Below, piece by piece: positions 1-9,075 of a DNA stretch of 64,000 bases. Made by a program: the position numbers and the translations under genes. Source of the stretch: an uncultured Gammaproteobacteria bacterium (GTDB taxonomy: Bacteria > Patescibacteriota > Microgenomatia > UBA8517); NCBI GenBank assembly GCA_964645605.1, contig CAZYCE010000001.1, positions 128,063-192,062 on the forward strand, read 5' to 3'. Under the pieces are notes generated by a model. That model was not told the origin of the DNA, did no database searches, and was given only the letters and a program-made list of their open reading frames with translations. Position 1 is the stretch's first letter. Every line of letters begins with the position of its first letter.

Positions 1-1
1 C

Positions 2-817
<816 letters not shown>

Positions 818-838
818 TCAATTTTCAGTTTTCGAACC

Positions 839-1480
839 ATGGAAGAGTTAAAAAAATATTCAGGTAAAAAATTTATTAAAAACATCGCTTTTTTCGGCGA
901 TGCCAATATTTCCGAAACGGACGAAACTTATGTAGATGCTTTTGATGTTGCCGAGGCTTTGGCAAAAAGGGGCTATGTAATAATTGATGGAGGAGGCCCC
1001 GGTGTAATGGAGGCAGCAACAAGCGGTGCCAGAAAAGGCGGGGGAAAGACTGTTTCTATTACCTTTGATCCGGTCGGGGCAGTCGGATATGAGGGCCGTT
1101 ATCTTAAAAACGTCACGGATACGGAAGTAGTCACCACAAATTACATTGAGCGCATGTTTAAACTCCTGGAATATGGCGATGTATTTATTATTTTTAAAGG
1201 CGGAAGCGGGACCGTTTCGGAATTTGGGACGGCCTGGGTTTTGGCAAAACTTTACTATGGACACCATAAACCGATTATTCTTTACGGTAATTTCTGGGCG
1301 GAAGTTTTAGATGTTTTCAGGAAAAATATGAATATTGACTCAACTGAGATGAGCGTTTTTGAAATATGTTCAACGAAAGATGAAGTCCTTGCAGCTATTG
1401 AAAGATTCGAAAATAAAATTTCTCAAAGAGACCACTCAGGAGACGGCGACGGATCGATAGATAATGCCTTTAAAGTATAA
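839..1480 (+). CDS. LOG-family (TIGR00730) Rossmann-fold nucleotide-binding protein / cytokinin riboside 5'-monophosphate phosphoribohydrolase-like
   Basis: IIDGGGPGVMEAATSGARKGGG and KGGSGTVSEF match the LOG-family GGGxGxM and GGxGTxxE motifs. Confidence 0.75.
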   Translation: MEELKKYSGKKFIKNIAFFGDANISETDETYVDAFDVAEALAKRGYVIIDGGGPGVMEAATSGARKGGGKTVSITFDPVGAVGYEGRYLKNVTDTEVVTTNYIERMFKLLEYGDVFIIFKGGSGTVSEFGTAWVLAKLYYGHHKPIILYGNFWAEVLDVFRKNMNIDSTEMSVFEICSTKDEVLAAIERFENKISQRDHSGDGDGSIDNAFKV

Positions 1481-1508
1481 GCCCGGTTATTAGGCATTAG
1501 TAGTCAAT

Positions 1509-2285
1509 ATGAAAAAAACAACACAGGAACTTCAGGATATTTCAAAAAAAGTTCGAAAAGACATTATAGAGATGATTTACAAAGCGGAAAGTGGGCATCC
1601 CGGCGGATCGCTTTCTGCAGTGGAAATTTTAGTTGCACTTTATTTTGAGATTTTAGAAGATAACGATCATTTCTTTCTTTCCAACGGACACATTTGTCCG
1701 GCTCTATATTCGGTGATGGCTGAAAAAGGATTGATTGACAAGAATTTACTCTCCACCTATACGGAGCTTGAATCTCCCCTTCAAGGGCACCCTGAGCGGG
1801 GAAGACTACTGGGAATTGAAAACACTTCGGGACCTCTCGGACTCGGGCTTGCCCAAGCGGCAGGCTTTGCGGCGATCAAAAAAGATTCTTTTATCTATTG
1901 CATGACCAGCGATGGGGAGCACGACGAGGGTAACCATTGGGAGGCGGTTAATTTTGCTGCAAAATATAAGCTTTCAAATTTAATTCAAATAGTTGATAAA
2001 AACGGGATTCAGATAGAGGGAACGGTTGAGGAAATAATGCCTCTCGGGAACCTGAAAGAGAAATATGAAGCCGGGGGTTGGAATGCCATCGAAATTGATG
2101 GGCACAATTTTGAAGAAATCTTCGGGGCTTTTGAGGAAGCCAAGAAAAGCCGCGGTAAACCAACCGTAATTCTTGCAAAAACAATTTTCGGCAAAGGCGT
2201 TTCTTTTATGGAAGGAAATCCCGATTGGCATGCCAGGTCGCCCAACATAGATGAATACGATAAATCGGTCAAGGAGTTAGGCTAA
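1509..2285 (+). CDS. tkt: transketolase, N-terminal (TPP pyrophosphate-binding) subunit
   Basis: 258 aa with GHPGGSLS and GDGEHDEG TPP-binding motifs. A separate gene encodes the C-terminal half (split transketolase). Confidence 0.85.
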   Translation: MKKTTQELQDISKKVRKDIIEMIYKAESGHPGGSLSAVEILVALYFEILEDNDHFFLSNGHICPALYSVMAEKGLIDKNLLSTYTELESPLQGHPERGRLLGIENTSGPLGLGLAQAAGFAAIKKDSFIYCMTSDGEHDEGNHWEAVNFAAKYKLSNLIQIVDKNGIQIEGTVEEIMPLGNLKEKYEAGGWNAIEIDGHNFEEIFGAFEEAKKSRGKPTVILAKTIFGKGVSFMEGNPDWHARSPNIDEYDKSVKELG

Positions 2286-2300
2286 ATTATCAAATTACAA

Positions 2301-3254
2301 ATGACAAATTACAAATCAATGCGGGACGGATTTGAAGAAGCCCTGATCGAACTGGGGAATAGAAACATGCAAATTGTTGTCCTGACGGCGGATTTGGCTG
2401 AGTCCACTCATGTTAAAAAATTTGCGGAAAAATACCCCGATAGATTTTTTCAGGTTGGGGTTGCGGAACAGGCACTTGTTACGGTTGCGGCCGGAATGGC
2501 AGCGGCCGGGAAAATTCCTTTTACAACTTCGTATGCGGTATTTTCCCCAGGCAGAACTTTTGAACAGATAAAAGTTACCGCGGCGCTAAGTAGTCTCCCT
2601 GTCAAAATAGTGGGTGCACACGCGGGGTTTGGGGCATCGATGTATGGAGCCACTCACCAGAGTCTGGAGGATATTGCCATGATGAGGGTAATACCTAATA
2701 TGGTTGTTGAGGTCCCGGCTGACATTTTTGAGGCTAAAAAAGCAACTCTTGCCCTGGCCGAAAACGGAAAACCTTCTTATCTGCGTCTGGCCAGACAGGA
2801 TTCGGAAGTTATAACAAATAAAAATTCAAAATATGAAATCGGCAAGGCAGAAATTTTGCACGAGGGTAAAGACCCCCAAGTGGCAATAATCGGAGCTGGC
2901 CCTATTCTCTCCGAAGGACTTACAGCAGCCGAGGAACTAGCAAGTATAGGGATCGAAACACAGGTTATTAATTGCCATACCATAAAACCAATCGATGACA
3001 TTGCCATTACAAATGCCGCAAGGATTTGCGGTGCTATCGTAACGGTTGAAGAGCATCAGATAATGGGGGGGTTGGGATCGGCAGTTGCCGAGGTTGTCGT
3101 CCAGGGACATCAAGTTCCGATGGAATTTATTGGGGTGAAAGACTCTTTTGGGGAATCAGCCAAAACTTACCAGGAACTTTGGAGGAAATTCGGATTGACA
3201 AAAAGCAATATAATTGAGGCAGTAAAGAAAGTTATTGCAAGGAAGAACGCTTAG
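2301..3254 (+). CDS. tkt: transketolase, C-terminal (pyrimidine-binding and C-terminal domain) subunit
   Basis: 317 aa directly downstream of the N-subunit. Typical Tkt Pyr-domain layout (AEQALVTVAAGMAAAG) and C-terminal domain. Confidence 0.85.
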   Translation: MTNYKSMRDGFEEALIELGNRNMQIVVLTADLAESTHVKKFAEKYPDRFFQVGVAEQALVTVAAGMAAAGKIPFTTSYAVFSPGRTFEQIKVTAALSSLPVKIVGAHAGFGASMYGATHQSLEDIAMMRVIPNMVVEVPADIFEAKKATLALAENGKPSYLRLARQDSEVITNKNSKYEIGKAEILHEGKDPQVAIIGAGPILSEGLTAAEELASIGIETQVINCHTIKPIDDIAITNAARICGAIVTVEEHQIMGGLGSAVAEVVVQGHQVPMEFIGVKDSFGESAKTYQELWRKFGLTKSNIIEAVKKVIARKNA

Positions 3255-3273
3255 TCGAAGGGGGGTGAGAATA

Positions 3274-3531
3274 ATGGGGAACTTAAAGGTACAGAAAAAA
3301 GACGGGAGTCTTGAGGATTTTGACCGCTCAAAGGTAAAAAACGGGATTCTTAGCTCCGGTGCGCCGGAAGAACAAGCGGAAAATATCACCATGCAAATAG
3401 AAAACTGGGCTCCGTCCGCTGCTACAAATGGGGTTATTAGGGCGCTTGATATTAAGACAAAGCTTTTAGAGCTCTTGGGTGAGATTAATCCCGAGGCAAA
3501 GGCGACTTTTGAGAATTATAAAAAGGTGTAG
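3274..3531 (+). CDS. free-standing ATP-cone domain protein (~85 aa)
   Basis: MGNLKVQKKDGSLEDFDRSKVKNGI resembles the ATP-cone N-terminus seen in NrdR/NrdA (VIKRDGrxExFdxxKI). The ATG at 3274 is preceded by a GGGGGTGAGA RBS. The track start at 3235 has no RBS and overlaps the tkt stop. Confidence 0.6.
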   Translation: MGNLKVQKKDGSLEDFDRSKVKNGILSSGAPEEQAENITMQIENWAPSAATNGVIRALDIKTKLLELLGEINPEAKATFENYKKV

Positions 3532-4452
3532 TTTATTTTACCGAAGGTGTCAGTAGGCGGTGCCTTTAAAATCGGGGCAGTTCTCTTTGTACCAGTTCAT
3601 TTCTTCTTTGGAACATTTTGCCGGAGAGTCGGGTGACGGCATACAATCAGCCCATCCACTGGGCGGACAGGCGTAGGTAGTTTTTGGTGCGGTGTCGGAC
3701 TTTCCAAAAATTTAAAAGTGGAGAGAATTTCATCTTATATTGTCCAGTAAGGGTTGGTTGAATATGAAAGATTTGCTCGTGATATTACAATAATGCCGTT
3801 CTTGTTTGGTGCATAAAGGTAATACAGATGGCAATTGAAAGATAATTCGACTTGATATGCTTCTATATTTCCGAAAATGGATGTTTTCTGTTTTGTGGGG
3901 GAATAATCTGAATATTTTTTTGAGGTTGCGGCTGCATAGGTGTCGACATATTTTTCCAAAATTCGACGCAGAAATATCAGAGACATAATATATGGCTATT
4001 CCGCTAAATGTTTATGCGTCACCTTCATATTCATGATTTAATTCGGCAAATGTTTATATCAATTTTACATTTCCCGTTAATGGTCCGGGAAGATAGTCTT
4101 TATTTTCTGGTACAAGCGGGCCTTTAAAGGTAAACCCAATCTATTCATTTGTATATGTTTTCAATCTGCGGTTGGATCGGGGGTTACGGTTGGGGTGGGG
4201 ACGGGGGTTGGTTCAGGTTTAACAAAAAGGTTTTTGTGGGCATAGACTCCTCCGATCCCCAGAACTGTAAGGATTAAAATAATCGATAAAATGGGAATTA
4301 ATTTATTTTTTGCTTTGGAAGTTCAGATGCAACGTGGGTAAGAGGCGAGCCGGTTGAGCTTTCTTTAGCAATAGATACGTTGACCATTGGCGGCAAATCA
4401 CTTTGTTGTGGCATTGGAATTTGCTCCATAATTAAATATACAACCCTGGATA

Positions 4453-4983
4453 TTAAAAAGTAATAGGAACCTCAAAAGTTTTGGAATTTGCCGGATCTCC
4501 GCTTGGATTATCGTTTTCCAATACCAAAATTCCTGAGCCAGAAGCTTCCTTAAATGTTAAAGTGGCGGTAAAACCTACCGGATTTCCGCTTTGCCAACTC
4601 CCCGGCATAACTTCCTTTGCCTGTCCAGACACTAGGATTTTTTGATTTGAATCAAGTATTTTAATTGGAAAAACCCCTTCAAACATCCATCCCGCAGGCA
4701 CCACTCCGGTTATCGTAAGGGGGCTTTTAATTTTTGATCCTGCAGCCGGGGAGGCGATAGTAGGCTCTTGTAGTATTTCAGTCGGTGGTGTTGGTGCTGG
4801 GGTATTTGTTATCATAGGCAATTGTTGATACTCGGCCAATTTTTTCTTAAGACTTTGATTTTGATTATAAAAAAAGATGACGAGTCCAAGGGCGCAAACT
4901 ATAAAAATCGCAAAACTTAGAACGGCGCCGGTCCCGCTGGATCTTCTTTTTTGGGGAGTAGGTACTGGGTAAGAGCTTTCCAT
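4453..4983 (-). CDS. hypothetical exported/membrane-anchored protein with a Pro/Thr-rich linker
   Basis: N-terminal TM helix (AVLSFAIFIVCALGLVIFF), a PT-rich stretch (NTPAPTPPTEI), then a beta-rich C-terminal domain. No recognisable family. Confidence 0.5.
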   Translation of the reverse strand: MESSYPVPTPQKRRSSGTGAVLSFAIFIVCALGLVIFFYNQNQSLKKKLAEYQQLPMITNTPAPTPPTEILQEPTIASPAAGSKIKSPLTITGVVPAGWMFEGVFPIKILDSNQKILVSGQAKEVMPGSWQSGNPVGFTATLTFKEASGSGILVLENDNPSGDPANSKTFEVPITF

Positions 4984-5119
4984 GTTTAGAATTCTAGCAC
5001 AATCCGCTTTACTCAGGAAACGATAAGCTTTAAACTAAGAACTACATAGAAAATTTCGTCAGAAGAGATTAAGTGGTTCAAAGAATCTCCAAGGATGAAT
5101 TTTATATGACGTAAACATA

Positions 5120-6097
5120 ATGGAAGAAACTGTCCAAAATATACTTGCACCGGGAAAAGGCATACTTGCTGCCGATGAAAGCACTAAAACAATTACTGAC
5201 CGATTCGCATCAATTGGTTTAGAGTCCACATCCGACCTAAACAGAAAATACAGAGAAATGTTGGTAACTACTCCCAACATTGAGAATTATCTTGGCGGGG
5301 TGATATTTTTTGACGAGACCGTAAAACAGAAGATAGGGGAGAAAACATTCGTTGAATATTTAACCGGTCGTGGAATTGTCCCCGGAATAAAAGTTGACGA
5401 AGGATTAGAACCTTTCAACGGTACTGAAGAAAAAACCACCAAGGGAATCGAAACTTTAGATGCCCGACTCAGGGAATATTCCAGAATGGGATTAAAATTT
5501 ACCAAATGGAGAGCGGCAATTTTGATCACGGACATTTTTCCGTCGGATGCTTTTTTGGAGGAAAATATGGAACGTTTGGCAAAATTTGCTGAAATTTCTC
5601 AGGCTAACGGTTTTGTTCCGATAGTCGAGCCGGAGATTCTTCTTACTGGAAACCATACCACGACACGCTGTGCCGAAATCGAGACAAAGGTTCTTAGAAT
5701 CCTTTTTAAAAAAATAAAAACCAAAAATCTCGATCTGGGTAACCTTCTTCTTAAAACCAGCATGGTCCTTCCCGGAAAAGATAGCGGTATAACGGCAGAA
5801 CCTTTGGAGGTTGCCCATGCAACTCTCAGGACTCTTGAAAAATCGGTTCCGTCGGAAGTTGCCGGAATAGTTTTTCTTTCGGGTGGACAGACTCCTGAGG
5901 CTGCAACAAATAATTTGAATGAAATAGTAAAGCTTAAGGCGGATGCTCCCTGGGATATTTCGTTTTCTTTTGCAAGAGCCTTGCAGGAGGAAGCAATGTC
6001 TGTCTGGGCTGGAAAAGATGAGAATGTCGTCGCGGCGCAAGAAGTATTTATAAAGCGTTTGGTAAAAGTCTCGAATGCCCGAAATGGAAAACTTTGA
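5120..6097 (+). CDS. fba: fructose-bisphosphate aldolase, class I
   Basis: GILAADESTKT motif and 325 aa length typical of class I FBA. Confidence 0.85.
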   Translation: MEETVQNILAPGKGILAADESTKTITDRFASIGLESTSDLNRKYREMLVTTPNIENYLGGVIFFDETVKQKIGEKTFVEYLTGRGIVPGIKVDEGLEPFNGTEEKTTKGIETLDARLREYSRMGLKFTKWRAAILITDIFPSDAFLEENMERLAKFAEISQANGFVPIVEPEILLTGNHTTTRCAEIETKVLRILFKKIKTKNLDLGNLLLKTSMVLPGKDSGITAEPLEVAHATLRTLEKSVPSEVAGIVFLSGGQTPEAATNNLNEIVKLKADAPWDISFSFARALQEEAMSVWAGKDENVVAAQEVFIKRLVKVSNARNGKL

Positions 6098-7085
6098 CCT
6101 ACTCTCAATAGGAGACGCCTCAATTGACGTCTTTATGTCTCCAATGGAAAGCGAAACCATCTGTCGGCTAGACACGAAAGAATGTTCTATATGTTTTGAT
6201 TACGGAGATAAAATTCCTGTTAAGAATTTAGAATTTTCAATTGGGGGGAATGCCGCCAACAACGCAATCGGTACCAGACGTTTGGGAATTTCTACGGGGA
6301 TTGTTCTAACGTTGGGAGAGGATAACGTTGGAAATATGATTGTCAGGAAACTTAAAGATGAGGCAGTTGATGCAACTTACATAATTCAACAACCGGCCAC
6401 CTCTTCAAATTATTCAACAGTAATAAATTATTCGGGGGAGCGTACAATATTCGTATACCACGCCCCCAGGAGTTATGAATTTCCGGTACATCTTCCGGTT
6501 ACCCCCTGGATTTATTTGACCAGCATGGGTGAAAGCTTTAGGCCTTTTTATATTCACATGGTCGATTGGCTTCGTGCAAATCCTACTACCAAACTCGCAT
6601 TTAACCCGGGGAGTTGGCAAATGCGCTCGGGCTTTGAAAACATTCAAGATGTTATGGCACTTTCCTATGTTGTTTTTGTAAACAGGGATGAAGCGGAAAA
6701 ACTTACAAAATTTGAGGGAGATAGTAAAGATAAAGAAAGAGATCTTTTAATTGCCCTAAGTAGACTTGGTCCGAAGATTTGCATTGTTACGGATGGGGGA
6801 AACGGATCATTTGCATATGACTCTATAAACGGCAAGTTTTTAAAAGCGGGAGTACTTCCCGTTGACGCATATGAACGAACTGGAGCAGGCGACGCCTTTG
6901 GCTCCGGAACTTTGGCTGCACTTATTCACGGAAAACCCCTGGACGAAGCTCTTATCTGGGGAACATGCAATTCTGCCTCAGTAATTGGTTATACCGGTTC
7001 GCAGAAAGGGCTTTTGAAATTCGAGGAAATGGAGGCATGGCTTGCCAGGGCTAAAAGCAGCGGAGTAAGTGTTGTACAATTTTAA
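6075..7085 (+). CDS. PfkB-family carbohydrate kinase (ribokinase-like)
   Basis: PfkB signature TGAGDAFGSG near the C-terminus and an N-terminal GG motif region. Overlaps the fba stop. Confidence 0.75.
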   Translation: MPEMENFDLLSIGDASIDVFMSPMESETICRLDTKECSICFDYGDKIPVKNLEFSIGGNAANNAIGTRRLGISTGIVLTLGEDNVGNMIVRKLKDEAVDATYIIQQPATSSNYSTVINYSGERTIFVYHAPRSYEFPVHLPVTPWIYLTSMGESFRPFYIHMVDWLRANPTTKLAFNPGSWQMRSGFENIQDVMALSYVVFVNRDEAEKLTKFEGDSKDKERDLLIALSRLGPKICIVTDGGNGSFAYDSINGKFLKAGVLPVDAYERTGAGDAFGSGTLAALIHGKPLDEALIWGTCNSASVIGYTGSQKGLLKFEEMEAWLARAKSSGVSVVQF

Positions 7086-7097
7086 TATATTTAAATT

Positions 7098-8084
7098 ATG
7101 AAAATTTTTGTGACAAGACAGATACCGGGAGATCATTTAGAAAAGCTTAAAAAGGTAGGCTTCGAAGTAGTTATATCTCTCTTTAACAGGCCTCTTGAAA
7201 CAGAGGAGCTTTTGGCAGGGATTGCCGGAATGGACGCAATTTTGAGCCTTCTGACAGATAAAATTGACGGTGATGTGATGGATGCCGCCGGACCTCAGCT
7301 CAAGATAATCAGCAACTATGCGGTAGGTTTTGATAATGTCGACGTGGAGGCTGCAACAAAACGCGGAATTGTTGTTACAAATACACCATCAGATGAGGTT
7401 AACGAGGCCGTGGCGGAACACACCTGGGCGCTTTTGCTGGCTCTAGCCCGCCGTATTGTTGAGGCTGATGAAGCAACAAGACACGGCGCCTACAAAGGCT
7501 GGGAACCTGATATGTTCCTCGGCACAAATTTAATAGGAAAGACTCTGGGAATTGTGGGAATGGGAAGAATCGGCTCAATGGTTGCAAGACGTGCGCAGGG
7601 TTATAAAATGAACGTTCTTTATAACAAACATACCCCCGATCCTGATGCTGAACGCGAACTTGGGGTTAAGTTTGCTACGCTCGACGAACTTTTAGGTGAA
7701 TCCGACTTTGTTTCGCTTCACCTACCTCTAACTCTCGAGACGAGGCATATGGTGAATGCTGCCACTTTTGCCAAAATGAAAAAAGGATCTTACCTCATAA
7801 ATACCGCCAGGGGGCCGATTGTTGATGAGAGGGCGCTTGTAAATGCTCTTTCTGATGCGCAAATTGCCGGGGCCGCGCTTGATGTTTTTGACAATGAACC
7901 GAATATCGACCCGGAGTTAATTTCTAATCAGAAAGTTATAACAACGCCCCATATTGCCTCGGCTACATGGGAGGCAAGAAATAAAATGGGGGAGCAGGCA
8001 GTTTCCGCACTTATAGATACTCTTACAGGTATCAAACCCCAAAATATGGTAAATGAGAAAGTTTGGGAGATGAGAAGGAAATAA
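7098..8084 (+). CDS. D-isomer-specific 2-hydroxyacid dehydrogenase (glyoxylate/hydroxypyruvate reductase or PGDH-like)
   Basis: NAD-binding GIVGMGRIGSMVARRA and the catalytic His/Glu/Arg region layout of the D-2-HADH family. Confidence 0.8.
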   Translation: MKIFVTRQIPGDHLEKLKKVGFEVVISLFNRPLETEELLAGIAGMDAILSLLTDKIDGDVMDAAGPQLKIISNYAVGFDNVDVEAATKRGIVVTNTPSDEVNEAVAEHTWALLLALARRIVEADEATRHGAYKGWEPDMFLGTNLIGKTLGIVGMGRIGSMVARRAQGYKMNVLYNKHTPDPDAERELGVKFATLDELLGESDFVSLHLPLTLETRHMVNAATFAKMKKGSYLINTARGPIVDERALVNALSDAQIAGAALDVFDNEPNIDPELISNQKVITTPHIASATWEARNKMGEQAVSALIDTLTGIKPQNMVNEKVWEMRRK

Positions 8085-8086
8085 AC

Positions 8087-8401
8087 ATGGCATTATTTGG
8101 CAAGAAAGAAGATCCGGCTGAAGAAGAAGACTACGAAGAGGGGCGAAAAATTAAAAGGAAACTTAAAGATTTAAAGCCTGAAAACAAAAAGAAAAGAAAG
8201 GAACCTCCGAAGCCTTGGGGTAGGAAAGAAAGGATAATTATTCTTTCGGTTCTTCTTGTAACGACCATTATTTCAGCTGTTCTCCTATTGAGAAATTCGG
8301 AGGGTTTAGGTATTGAAGAAGGGAAAATACATTTTTCCAAAATTAACCTTAATTCAATAAATATCTTTAGAGGGGAGACAATAACAATTGAGAAAAAATG
8401 A
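8087..8401 (+). CDS. small Lys/Glu-rich membrane-anchored hypothetical protein
   Basis: The ATG at 8087 immediately follows the upstream stop. A charged N-terminus is followed by one TM helix (IIILSVLLVTTIISAVLLL). Confidence 0.45.
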   Translation: MALFGKKEDPAEEEDYEEGRKIKRKLKDLKPENKKKRKEPPKPWGRKERIIILSVLLVTTIISAVLLLRNSEGLGIEEGKIHFSKINLNSINIFRGETITIEKK

Positions 8402-9075
8402 AAAAACTTGATAGTCCGTTTATCTTAATAAAAAGATCCTGTGACATTTTTTTCCAAAAGGAGAATCTTGTTGCTCTGGCCCGAGTTTATCTGCCAATTG
8501 GAATACTGTCCTTAATTACTTTTTTACCTTCATTTATTCCCGCATGGAAAAGCTTTTTTGATAGGGATGCCGTCATGATATGTATAAACCTCACTTTTGC
8601 CCTAACCGGAATTTTTGTAAATCTCGCTGGCATAATTGCTATATTTAAAATCGTTAGAGAAGAAAAAGTGCGGACCAAAAAAATTTTCAAAGAGGCATTC
8701 TCTATTTATGGCAAGTTTTTGATTTTTTTCATAACACTTTATCTCATATACGCTTTGGGACTAATTTTATTAATAATTCCATTTGTTCTGGCGGTCACCT
8801 GGTTTACCTTCAGCAAATTTATATTTATAGAAAAAGAGGTTGGCATTAAGGCTGCCCTTACCGAAAGCAGAAAGCTGGTAAAAGGACGTTTCTGGCAGAT
8901 TTTGGAGAGGATTATTATTTTTGGGCTTTTCTCACTTGCGGCACAAATTGTTCTGACGGCCATTCTATTTGAGCTGGGTGTGGTTATTTTTTATCTTTGT
9001 GGCGGGTTGTTTGTTCTTCCACAGTATCTTCTATATAAACAGCTGCGTTCCGAAGCCGAAACCATTAGCGGCTAA
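8398..9075 (+). CDS. polytopic membrane protein, unknown function
   Basis: Several hydrophobic helices. Its start overlaps the upstream stop (ATGA). Confidence 0.5.
   Translation: MKKLDSPFILIKRSCDIFFQKENLVALARVYLPIGILSLITFLPSFIPAWKSFFDRDAVMICINLTFALTGIFVNLAGIIAIFKIVREEKVRTKKIFKEAFSIYGKFLIFFITLYLIYALGLILLIIPFVLAVTWFTFSKFIFIEKEVGIKAALTESRKLVKGRFWQILERIIIFGLFSLAAQIVLTAILFELGVVIFYLCGGLFVLPQYLLYKQLRSEAETISG

Noticed and set aside
5492-6175. Long minus-strand ORFs (5492-6175, 5599-6123) antisense to the aldolase gene. Similar antisense ORFs occur at 27558-28176 (FtsH), 46502-47032 (CopA), 38704-39300 (ligase) and 16642-16992 / 17594-17992 (NrdJ).
   Set aside because: They are fully contained within strongly supported plus-strand genes, have no RBS and no motifs, and show skewed composition. 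These are antisense artefacts.
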